Assembly: GCA_002778465.1 (NCBI GenBank)
Contig: PFBV01000003.1
Span: 151,736 to 215,735, forward strand
Length of the DNA stretch: 64,000 nt
Source of the DNA: Candidatus Magasanikbacteria bacterium CG10_big_fil_rev_8_21_14_0_10_36_32
Lineage (GTDB): Bacteria > Patescibacteriota > Patescibacteriia > Magasanikbacterales > GWA2-37-8
Direction of reading: 5' to 3'
The notes under the pieces are model-generated. The model was given only the letters and a program-made list of their open reading frames with translations, ran no database searches and was not told the DNA's origin. Positions within the stretch are counted from its first letter, which is position 1. Each line of letters starts with the position of its first letter. Positions 37,990-45,880 of this stretch are shown here, in pieces. A program made the position numbers and the translations under genes.

Positions 37990-38505
37990 TTATTCTATCG
38001 GTTCCAAATAAAATTTTTCCTCTTCTCCCCCGTCTTCCGGCAAATCGGTCAATGATTCCTCAACACCAAAACCTGCTGGAACACTTTCTTCTGTTTTACT
38101 CTTTTCAACTAATTTTGGTTCTTTGTTTTCAATAATTTCTTCGTTTTTTTCAGAAAAATATTCTTTATTTTTTAATACATCACCTAAAGCAACCATATTT
38201 CCGGCGGCCGCCTTAATAATTTTTGGTTGTATTGCCGGTTTTATTTCTTTTTTTAATTCAACTTCAACCGATTCATCCAACGGCTGAGCAGAACGCCAAT
38301 AAGCCACATCACGATTTATTTTATTCATCATTTCTTCTTCGCTTAATTTGGCAATATCCCGGCCGACTTCATTATTTAAAAGTTTTTCATAATCTGACAA
38401 AGTCATTAAAGCAAAAACTTCTTCTGTTTCATTATCAGCCACAAAACAACGTTCGCCGGTACGGCGAATTAAATTTAAAAGTTGTTTTAATTGATTATCC
38501 TTCAT
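37990..38505 (-). CDS. Hypothetical acidic protein
   Basis: 171 aa with a Glu/Asp-rich C-terminus. No motif recognized. Confidence 0.35.
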   Translation of the reverse strand: MKDNQLKQLLNLIRRTGERCFVADNETEEVFALMTLSDYEKLLNNEVGRDIAKLSEEEMMNKINRDVAYWRSAQPLDESVEVELKKEIKPAIQPKIIKAAAGNMVALGDVLKNKEYFSEKNEEIIENKEPKLVEKSKTEESVPAGFGVEESLTDLPEDGGEEEKFYLEPIE

Positions 38506-38648
38506 ATTATAAATAGAAAGTTAAAAGTTTCTTTCCCACACATTATAACAGTAAAAATTAAAAAGTCAAGCCCTTGACATACACTAATTTTTATGATAAA
38601 AAAAGACAGTTCTTTTCAAACATACAATAAAAAAACAAGGAGTAAAAA

Positions 38649-38888
38649 ATGTTAGATTCGACAAAAAAAGAAACTTTTAACTATTTACTTTTAGTAATTG
38701 ACTATCTCAAACAAAAAAAGGAAGCTGCATTTTACGAAATGGAACAAACACTCAGTCGGCGGCTGAACAAAGAAGAAACTAAACGGCGGCTAAGCAGACA
38801 AGAAATTCGTAACGCTATTTATAAACTGATGGACTTGGGCATAATCAGAGTCAACGACAAACTCAAATTTGAATTGACTCCGAATTAA
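38649..38888 (+). CDS. Hypothetical small protein
   Basis: 79 aa. Followed by a hairpin terminator (aaaccgccgatcaaaggcggttttt, about 38908-38932). Confidence 0.35.
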   Translation: MLDSTKKETFNYLLLVIDYLKQKKEAAFYEMEQTLSRRLNKEETKRRLSRQEIRNAIYKLMDLGIIRVNDKLKFELTPN

Positions 38889-38948
38889 TTTTGTTCTTTA
38901 AGACACAAACCGCCGATCAAAGGCGGTTTTTCTATTTTAAAACCCCCC

Positions 38949-38977
38949 TTGACAAAACCCTCAAAATGTGCTATAAT
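38949..38977 (+). promoter_or_regulatory. Consensus sigma70 promoter (copy 3 of the module)
   Basis: TTGACA, then AAACCCTCAAAATGTGC (17 nt), then TATAAT. Confidence 0.6.
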
Positions 38978-39051
38978 ATAATGGTATTTAATTAAAGATT
39001 TTGGCTAAAATATCACTATTTAAGCCAAATTTAAACCTTAATTTTAAACAT

Positions 39052-39213
39052 ATGGGAGAAACATTCAATCCGCAAGAAGAAGCTTTCTTTAAAAAAGGTG
39101 ATGAAATGTCAGAAAAAAATGAAACTTTAGCTCAAGGCGAAACCACGGTTGGCGCCAAAAAAGCTGAAGAAGTTGAAAAAGATACTGACAGTTGGTTTGA
39201 AGACAAACAATAA
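39052..39213 (+). CDS. Small acidic protein of 53 aa. Alternatively this short promoter-to-terminator unit is an sRNA.
   Basis: Lies between the consensus promoter and a strong terminator (aaaaaaccccgctgataaagcggggtttttt, 39226-39256). No convincing RBS. The ORF-track start at 39001 uses a non-ATG codon. Confidence 0.3.
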   Translation: MGETFNPQEEAFFKKGDEMSEKNETLAQGETTVGAKKAEEVEKDTDSWFEDKQ

Positions 39214-39255
39214 AAATATTAAAAAACCCCGCTGATAAAGCGGGGTTTTTTAATA

Positions 39256-39579
39256 TTACCATTTTCGTTCGTAACTGTTAGAATCAAAAAATCCTATTTC
39301 AGACGGACGAATTATATCCATTTCTTCTTCAGCTATGATTTTAGCAACATTTATTGCTTCTGTGGTCGGGGGTTGTGAATATCTTTTCAATTCATTCTGA
39401 TAACGTTGAACGCTGCTCCAACCTCTTTTTTCCGTTGGCGGAATATTTTCTTCAAAAGATTGCCTTCCCTGAAGACTTGGATCAAATTCGCTAATATGCG
39501 AAGGTTTCCAATCTTTAGGAGTTACACCAACTTGTTCCATGTGTGGAATCAATGAATCACCACGATATTTTGATGCCAT
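39256..39579 (-). CDS. Hypothetical protein
   Basis: 107 aa, no motif recognized. Confidence 0.35.
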   Translation of the reverse strand: MASKYRGDSLIPHMEQVGVTPKDWKPSHISEFDPSLQGRQSFEENIPPTEKRGWSSVQRYQNELKRYSQPPTTEAINVAKIIAEEEMDIIRPSEIGFFDSNSYERKW

Positions 39580-39704
39580 ATTTTTTATATTATATTTAAA
39601 TTATAACAAAAAAACAGTCAAAAGTCAATTAAACTAAACGGCTGCCAACAAAAAATCCGACCCCGCCTTTAAAGGCGAAACCGGATTATTTTTCCAAATC
39701 GTAA

Positions 39705-39944
39705 TTAAATTTTCTTAAATACCACTTTACTCATCAAACAAGTATTGCTCTGCTGACAATGTCGCGTATTGAAAGTATAATCTTTTTGAAATTTTAAATT
39801 AACTACATCATAAGGACATTGGATTATTTGTCCGCCGATAAAATAATTAGCAAATCTACATTTGTTCTCAGCTATAGTTTTTGTGCTTTCAAAAACTCCC
39901 CTCTTAGAAACATGGATCTCCATATTGCCATCATATTTTTCCAA
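39705..39944 (-). CDS. Small Cys-rich protein (5 Cys) immediately downstream of the radical SAM gene. Possibly a split-off twitch/SPASM-like auxiliary domain or a partner peptide.
   Basis: CRFANYFIGGQIIQC (a C-x8-G-x4-C arrangement) ... C-x5-C. A 3-nt gap to the upstream ORF implies translational coupling. Confidence 0.35.
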   Translation of the reverse strand: MEKYDGNMEIHVSKRGVFESTKTIAENKCRFANYFIGGQIIQCPYDVVNLKFQKDYTFNTRHCQQSNTCLMSKVVFKKI

Positions 39945-39947
39945 AAA

Positions 39948-40601
39948 TTAATGGACCAAATCTTTATATTCCAAAACGGGCATTGTAATTTTTGTATCTG
40001 TAAAAAATTCTTTTTTCGGATTATCCAATTCTCTAATGCTGGATATAAAAAATACATCGCAAGAATAATTTGATTCCAATTCTTTGGCGGTGGATAATAA
40101 ATCTTCCAAATCGCTTGTCTTGGAAACCATATAACAAACTTCAAACGGAATATCGGTTTTAGGCAAATTATCAACTGATTTTAAATTACCCGATTTGCAA
40201 TATAATGAAATTCTTAGTTTCGCGCCTTGAAAATCTTCTTTTTTGTATTTGTTTAAAAAATAACCGTTGGTATAAATAGTGGTTTTTAAATAATGGTCTT
40301 TATTAATTTTTAACATCTCTTTCAGATTCGGATGAAGCAACGGCTCACCGCCCAAAATATTAATTTGCTGTCCGCCTTTAGTTATAAATTGTTCTACAAC
40401 TTTTTTATATTCATCCAAACTGATGTTGGAATTATCTGCCATGGCGTTGCGAGCAAAACATCCGTCGCATTTTAAATTACAACAATTAGTAATGAAAATT
40501 TGAAGGGTATTTCTTCGTCCAGTCGGTAATTCTTCATATTTATTCCAAGGGAAAAACATAGTTTTTAAATCAAAAATAATAATGTAATGACACACTAGCA
40601 A
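39948..40601 (-). CDS. Small radical SAM protein (QueE/NrdG-size class). Likely start MFFPWNKYEEL.
   Basis: Radical SAM cluster motif C-x3-C-x2-C (CNLKCDGC) and a glycine-rich SAM-binding motif GGEPLLHP. Confidence 0.7.
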   Translation of the reverse strand: MLVCHYIIIFDLKTMFFPWNKYEELPTGRRNTLQIFITNCCNLKCDGCFARNAMADNSNISLDEYKKVVEQFITKGGQQINILGGEPLLHPNLKEMLKINKDHYLKTTIYTNGYFLNKYKKEDFQGAKLRISLYCKSGNLKSVDNLPKTDIPFEVCYMVSKTSDLEDLLSTAKELESNYSCDVFFISSIRELDNPKKEFFTDTKITMPVLEYKDLVH

Positions 40602-40680
40602 AAAATATGAACGGCGTCAAGTGATTTCATTTGTAATAACTACAGCTTCCAAAAAGACAATAGAACTCATTAACAAAAAA

Positions 40681-40712
40681 TCACCCCGAATTTTCGGGGT
40701 GATTTTTTAATT
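40681..40712. terminator. Bidirectional hairpin terminator downstream of fusA
   Basis: aaaatcaccccgaattttcggggtgatttttt. Confidence 0.65.
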
Positions 40713-40716
40713 GATT

Positions 40717-42792
40717 TTATTTCTGTTTTCCGGTAATGATATTTTGCGCTACATTATTCGGCACATCGGCATAATTGGCAAATTCCATTGTGGAACTGGC
40801 TCGGCCCTGTGACATATTGCGCAAAGAAGTGACATAACCAAACATGCTGGCTAACGGAACAATCGCTTTAACAACTTTCATTTGTCCGCGATCGGTCATT
40901 TCCTGAATTTGTCCTCGTTTGGAATTCAAATCACCAATCACATCACCCATAAATTGTTCCGGAGTCACTACTTCCACTTTCATAATCGGTTCCATAATTA
41001 CAGGATTGGCTTTTCGACAAGCGGCTTGAAACGCCATTGAACCGGCCATTTTGAAAGACATTTCGGATGAATCAACTTCATGATAAGAACCATCATAACA
41101 AGTAACCTTGATATCCACCACCGGATAACCAGCTTGAATACCGCGAGTTAAAGATTCTTTTACACCTTTTTCAATTGCCGGAATATATTCACGAGGAATA
41201 ACACCGCCTTTAACTTCATCAACAAACTCAAAACCCTTTCCTGGTTCTTGAGGTTCAACCCGCAACCAGCAATGACCATATTGTCCGCGACCGCCGGATT
41301 GTTTGATATATTTGCCTTCAGCTTCAGCTTCATTTCTTACAGTTTCTTTGTAAGCAACTTGCGGAGCACCGACATTCGCCTCAACTTTAAATTCGCGTTT
41401 CATGCGATCAACAATAATATCTAAATGCAACTCGCCCATACCGGCAATAATTGTCTGTAAAGTTTCTTCATCAGTATGAACTTTAAAAGTCGGATCTTCT
41501 TCTGCCAGTTTCTGCATAGCCATGCCGATTTTTTCCTGATCAGCTTTTGTTTTAGGTTCAATAGCAATAGAAATAACTGGTTCCGGAAATACAATTTTTT
41601 CCAAAACAATCGGATGATTAGGATCGCACAAAGTGTCACCGGTGATGGTATTTTTTAAACCGATGGCGGCGGCGATTTCTCCGGAATAAACTTCATTCAC
41701 ATCTTCACGATGATTAGCATGCATTCGAACAATTCTTCCTAAACGCTCTTTTTGTCCATTGGAAGAATTAAGCAAATAACTGCCAGCAGTTATCATGCCG
41801 GAATAAACACGGAAAAAAATCAATCGTCCGACAAACGGATCAGTGGCTACTTTAAAAGCTAGAGCCGCAAAAGGTTCTTCGTCAGAAGCTTGGCGACTTA
41901 CTTCAGCTTCAGTATCAGGATCAATACCTTTTACCGGCGGTAAATCAGTCGGAGACGGCAAATACCAAACAACTGAGTCTAACATCATTTGAACGCCAAT
42001 ATTTGACAACGCCGATCCGCAAAGAACCGGATAAATTTCACTTTTTAAAACTTGTTGGCGAATACCGGCTTTGATTTCTTCATTAGTTAAAGTTTCACCG
42101 TTTAAATACCGATTAGTATAATCATCGTTAACTTCTGAAACTTTTTCCACCAATTTTTTTCTATGTTCAATAACCAAATCTTTCATATCATCCGGAATCG
42201 GAATTTCAATGACATTTTCTCCGTTTTTACCTTCAAATTTAAAAGCTTTTTCTTCAATCAAATCAACTAAACCAGTAAAAGTTCCTTCAGCGCCGATTGG
42301 CAACTGAACGGCGTAAGCCTGATTAGACAAACGTTCTCGGATTGAAGCTAAACTCATATAAAAATCCGCGCCCATTTTATCCATCTTGTTAATAAAAGCG
42401 ACACGAGAAACATGATATTTGTCAGCCTGATGCCAAACCGTTTCTGATTGAGGTTCCACACCTTGTGAACCATCAAACACGGCTACCGCTCCGTCTAAAA
42501 CACGCAATGAGCGTTCTACTTCCACAGTAAAATCAACGTGTCCTGGAGTATCAATAATATTGATACGAAAACCTTTCCAAAAACAAGTGGTGGCGGCTGA
42601 AGTAATGGTAATTCCACGTTCTCTTTCCTGTTCCATCCAATCCATTTCCGCGGCTCCTTCATGGACTTCTCCAATTTTATGTTTTTTTCCGGTATAGAAT
42701 AAAACACGCTCGGTGGCAGTTGTTTTGCCGGCATCAATATGAGCCATGATACCGATATTACGTGTCTTGTCCAAAGTATATTCACGAGGCAT
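40717..42792 (-). CDS. fusA: Elongation factor G
   Basis: [21 protein letters not shown]. 691 aa. Confidence 0.95.
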   Translation of the reverse strand: MPREYTLDKTRNIGIMAHIDAGKTTATERVLFYTGKKHKIGEVHEGAAEMDWMEQERERGITITSAATTCFWKGFRINIIDTPGHVDFTVEVERSLRVLDGAVAVFDGSQGVEPQSETVWHQADKYHVSRVAFINKMDKMGADFYMSLASIRERLSNQAYAVQLPIGAEGTFTGLVDLIEEKAFKFEGKNGENVIEIPIPDDMKDLVIEHRKKLVEKVSEVNDDYTNRYLNGETLTNEEIKAGIRQQVLKSEIYPVLCGSALSNIGVQMMLDSVVWYLPSPTDLPPVKGIDPDTEAEVSRQASDEEPFAALAFKVATDPFVGRLIFFRVYSGMITAGSYLLNSSNGQKERLGRIVRMHANHREDVNEVYSGEIAAAIGLKNTITGDTLCDPNHPIVLEKIVFPEPVISIAIEPKTKADQEKIGMAMQKLAEEDPTFKVHTDEETLQTIIAGMGELHLDIIVDRMKREFKVEANVGAPQVAYKETVRNEAEAEGKYIKQSGGRGQYGHCWLRVEPQEPGKGFEFVDEVKGGVIPREYIPAIEKGVKESLTRGIQAGYPVVDIKVTCYDGSYHEVDSSEMSFKMAGSMAFQAACRKANPVIMEPIMKVEVVTPEQFMGDVIGDLNSKRGQIQEMTDRGQMKVVKAIVPLASMFGYVTSLRNMSQGRASSTMEFANYADVPNNVAQNIITGKQK

Positions 42793-42828
42793 ATAACGAT
42801 TTTGATTAAAAAGTTATAAAATTAAAAA

Positions 42829-43305
42829 TTATTTGGCAAAACGGGCGAAATGAGCAAAAGCTTTATTGGCTTCAGCCATACGATGAACATCATCTCTCTT
42901 TTTGATAGCATCACCGACTCCTTCAACTGTTTCCATTAAAACTTCCGCTAACTTTTCCGACATTTTTTTGCCTTTACGTCCGCGAGCCGCATCAATAATC
43001 CAACGGAAAGCCAAAGCGTTTTGGCGTTCTCCTCTAACAGGCAACGGAACTTGATAGTTGGCGCCACCAACGCGTCGTGAACGAACTTCAACTTGCGGCG
43101 AAATAAGCTGAATTGCTTCTTCAAAAATTTTAATCGGATCTTTTTTAGTAGTGACAGCAATTTGGTCCAAAGCATTATAAACAATGGTTTGGGCGGTTAT
43201 TTTTTTACCACCCATCATCACATAATTTATAAACTTGCCCAAAATGACATGTCCATATTTAGGATCAGGCTTCAAAACCCTTTTAATTACTTGTTTACCT
43301 CTCAT
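42829..43305 (-). CDS. rpsG: 30S ribosomal protein S7
   Basis: S7 family sequence in rpsL-rpsG-fusA order. Confidence 0.9.
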   Translation of the reverse strand: MRGKQVIKRVLKPDPKYGHVILGKFINYVMMGGKKITAQTIVYNALDQIAVTTKKDPIKIFEEAIQLISPQVEVRSRRVGGANYQVPLPVRGERQNALAFRWIIDAARGRKGKKMSEKLAEVLMETVEGVGDAIKKRDDVHRMAEANKAFAHFARFAK

Positions 43306-43347
43306 AATATTTTAAATTAGAAATTGGAAATTAGAAATTATTTTTTA

Positions 43348-43391
43348 GCTGAGTGGGATAAATGAAAATTTATTTTCATTTCCGAGCGAAC
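43348..43391. repeat. Palindromic element (second copy, inverted orientation) in the S12-S7 intergenic spacer
   Basis: Minus-strand reading: gttcgctcggaaatgaaaataaattttcatttatcccactcagc, near-identical in its core to 36472-36516. Confidence 0.6.
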
Positions 43392-43409
43392 AACAAAAAT
43401 ATGCTTTAT

Positions 43410-43838
43410 TTATTGTTTAACCGCTTTCGGTCTCTTGCTGCCATAAATACTGCGTCCGCGTCGACGAGATTCAATACCTTGAGTATCATAAACTCCGCGA
43501 ACGATATGATAACGAACACCCGGTAAATCTTTCACGCGACCGCCGCGCAACAAAACAATTGAGTGCTCCTGTAAATTATGTCCTTCACCCGGAATGTAAG
43601 CAATAACTTCCATACCATTGGACAAACGAACTTTTGCCACTTTTCTCAAAGCCGAATTCGGTTTCTTTGGTGTAGTGGTATAAACTTTAGTACAAACTCC
43701 GCGTTTAAAAGACGAACCCTTTGAAAGCACGGTTTTCTTGCGGTGTAAATTGTCGGTCATAAATTGCAAAGCAGGGGTTTTTGATTTAACCACCTTGTTT
43801 TTGCGACCTTTCCGCAATACCTGATTAATAGTAGGCAT
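43410..43838 (-). CDS. rpsL: 30S ribosomal protein S12
   Basis: [13 protein letters not shown]...[11 protein letters not shown]. Confidence 0.95.
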   Translation of the reverse strand: MPTINQVLRKGRKNKVVKSKTPALQFMTDNLHRKKTVLSKGSSFKRGVCTKVYTTTPKKPNSALRKVAKVRLSNGMEVIAYIPGEGHNLQEHSIVLLRGGRVKDLPGVRYHIVRGVYDTQGIESRRRGRSIYGSKRPKAVKQ

Positions 43839-43977
43839 AGTACAAAATTTTTAATTTATAATTTATATTTTTTTGAATAAAAAAGACTGAACGAAATGCT
43901 CAGCCACGAGTTTTTGTTTAGTCTCACGTTCTGCGAATAGAATACATTATTTTTATAAATGTGTCAATAGTTATTAA

Positions 43978-44006
43978 AGTGGATAAAAAGGCCCCGCATA
44001 AATGCG
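43978..44006 (-). terminator. Intrinsic terminator of target gene 2 (conserved GC hairpin)
   Basis: Minus strand: GCCCCGCATTTATGCGGGGC followed by CTTTTTAT. Confidence 0.6.
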
Positions 44007-44065
44007 GGGCCGAAGAGCCAAAGGAACAAAGGGTCAAAGAGTCAAAAAATATAAGGGAACAAGAA

Positions 44066-44617
44066 TCAGCAAGAGAATACGCGGAGGTCGGCGCACCACC
44101 TGCTCGGAAACCCAACCGAATGGGCGCGCACGTCCCAGCCGCCATCGAGCCGGTTCACATACACAGCGCGAAGCACCCTGTTGACATCGAGAACATAGAA
44201 AATGTTCGCATAGCCGTTGGTGAGAAGTACGCCCGCCTCGCCATTTGGCTGGATCTTCAAGAGCTCATAGATGCCGGACATAGTAACTTCGACCTTAGCT
44301 TTGCCGCCGAGGTCATCAATAATTTCGCAATCCAACGAAGCCGCCTTACAGAGGTCGTGGTGAGGATGCGGAACAACCAAATCCTTTACTTCTTCAGTCT
44401 TGCTGTAAAACCACAACTTGAAGTTGTCGCCGATATAACTGAACTTTACTGCGGCGTTGGACAGCGTGAAATTGTCGGCGACAACGAACTTATTGACAGC
44501 GGTTTCCAAAAATCCATCCGGATTCTTGAGGAACTTCTGAAAATTGGCGGACGTAACTCGTCCGGCCTCCACCTGCCTAAAAAATTCCTTCATCTGTTTG
44601 AAACTGGGTTGTAACAT
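44066..44617 (-). CDS. DGR variable (target) protein 2, a remote paralog, with VR2 at about 44067-44168. Likely start MLQPSFKQ (AGGAG RBS); the ORF track extends it to 44635.
   Basis: The C-terminal 130 aa are homologous to target 1. The final 33 codons (AVYVNRLDGGWDVRAHSVGFPSRWCADLRVFSC) align to the TR with about 20 substitutions at TR adenines plus about 8 non-adenine changes. GC-rich. Confidence 0.8.
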   Translation of the reverse strand: MLQPSFKQMKEFFRQVEAGRVTSANFQKFLKNPDGFLETAVNKFVVADNFTLSNAAVKFSYIGDNFKLWFYSKTEEVKDLVVPHPHHDLCKAASLDCEIIDDLGGKAKVEVTMSGIYELLKIQPNGEAGVLLTNGYANIFYVLDVNRVLRAVYVNRLDGGWDVRAHSVGFPSRWCADLRVFSC

Positions 44618-44720
44618 TCTATCATCTCCTTGCATCCGCAGTATTTAAACAATACATCCGACATCATTGCCAAACATACTGCCAATAAACCTGACGGACA
44701 CGGTAAAAAGAACCGATGTT

Positions 44721-44749
44721 TTAATATCATAAAAAATATCTCCTGTCAA
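44721..44749 (-). promoter_or_regulatory. Proximal promoter for target gene 2
   Basis: Minus strand: TTGACA, 17 nt, TATTAA. Confidence 0.45.
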
Positions 44750-44753
44750 TCAG

Positions 44754-44787
44754 ACAAAAAAATGCCCTCAACATTTCTGTTGAGGGC
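44754..44787 (-). terminator. Intrinsic terminator between the upstream small ORF and target gene 2
   Basis: Minus strand: GCCCTCAACAGAAATGTTGAGGGC followed by TTTTTTT. Confidence 0.55.
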
Positions 44788-44833
44788 AAAAGAGCGAAGA
44801 AAAGCGGCTTGACCACTTTTTGGTGATGGGCTA

Positions 44834-45010
44834 TTACTTTTCCGGGGTGAAAATGGAGAGCGTGTAGCAACTCAGGCAGTTGCACTGAATGCGAGAAATG
44901 CGGATACATCTCGTTTTGCGGTTGATGCTGAAGTATCGATGAACCATATGAATTTTGGTTTCCTGACAAGTATCACACATAAGCCACTCAAACTTCATTT
45001 TAGAAATCAT
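44834..45010 (-). CDS. Putative small zinc-ribbon protein of 58 aa. The ORF track offers a longer 92-aa form that starts inside the tandem repeat.
   Basis: MKFEWLMCDTCQETKIH...RCIRISRIQCNC, i.e. C-x2-C ... C-x7-C-x-C. Lies between the repeat-bearing leader and target 2. Confidence 0.3.
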   Translation of the reverse strand: MISKMKFEWLMCDTCQETKIHMVHRYFSINRKTRCIRISRIQCNCLSCYTLSIFTPEK

Positions 45011-45076
45011 TTTCTGCTCCTGTTTTTGTTTTATCCGCTCGCTATTAGCGATTGGAATATCATTGTTAAAGAACAA

Positions 45077-45226
45077 TTTATAAATAAAACTTGAAATTAC
45101 TGCGTTGCTCATATAATGAAAAATAAATTTTTCATCTATTCACAACTTGTGTGTTTATAAATAAAACTTGAAATTACTGCGTTGCTCATATAATGAAAAA
45201 TAAATTTTTCATCTATTCACAACTTG
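45077..45226. repeat. Tandem repeat, 2 near-identical copies of about 77 bp, same family as 16700-16844
   Basis: tttataaataaaacttgaaattactgcgttgctcatataatgaaaaataaatttttcatctattcacaacttg occurs twice. Confidence 0.85.
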
Positions 45227-45228
45227 AA

Positions 45229-45257
45229 ATTATAGCACATTTTTGGGTTTTTGTCAA
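45229..45257 (-). promoter_or_regulatory. Consensus sigma70 promoter (copy 4 of the module)
   Basis: Minus strand: TTGACA, then AAAACCCAAAAATGTGC (17 nt), then TATAAT. Confidence 0.6.
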
Positions 45258-45291
45258 ATATTATGTTTTTACAAAAAATAAACTTTAACCA

Positions 45292-45876
45292 TTGAAAAAA
45301 TATCAGTTTTATAATATAGTATGTGTGTTGAATCAACCTAACATTATGAACCCAGAAAAACCTATTGCTCAATTTTTTGATGGTGAACGCCAAGTTAAAA
45401 TTCTGCCACCGGAACAGGAAGATATTTATAATATCCAAAAAAATATTCCAACTGTAAATATTGAAATAACCGCCGAAGAAGCAAAATCAAAAAGCTCTTT
45501 AGATAAAATAACATTTCTGCCGGAAGATGAGAAAGAATTAAAACTTAAAGGAAAAATATCCCCTGAACGAATAAAAAAATATTTAAAACCGGAAAATGGC
45601 GAAAGATTGGAAATTTTTAAAATATCAAAAGCAAAAATAAATTTAATCGCTTTCCAAAATGTAGATGAGCGTCGAGCCGGGTTATTCGCCTATTACGCCG
45701 GAACAAATAAACAACCATTAACTTATACCGAGTTACTGCTCGCCTTTCACAAAAACGGATGGATGAAAGAAATAGGCATGTTGGAAGATGAAATAAAAAA
45801 ACGCAGTTTAGATACCGACAGTTTAATTTATTATTTTCCGGCCGATACAGTTTACGGACGTAAAAAAACAAAATAA
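45292..45876 (+). CDS. Hypothetical protein
   Basis: 194 aa, no motif recognized. Confidence 0.35.
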   Translation: MKKYQFYNIVCVLNQPNIMNPEKPIAQFFDGERQVKILPPEQEDIYNIQKNIPTVNIEITAEEAKSKSSLDKITFLPEDEKELKLKGKISPERIKKYLKPENGERLEIFKISKAKINLIAFQNVDERRAGLFAYYAGTNKQPLTYTELLLAFHKNGWMKEIGMLEDEIKKRSLDTDSLIYYFPADTVYGRKKTK

Positions 45877-45880
45877 AATT

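Noticed and set aside
44727-44969. 80-aa ORF (MSGNQNSYGSS...) upstream of target 2
   Set aside because: It overlaps the small zinc-ribbon ORF in another frame, spans the internal terminator region, and has low complexity. Likely spurious.
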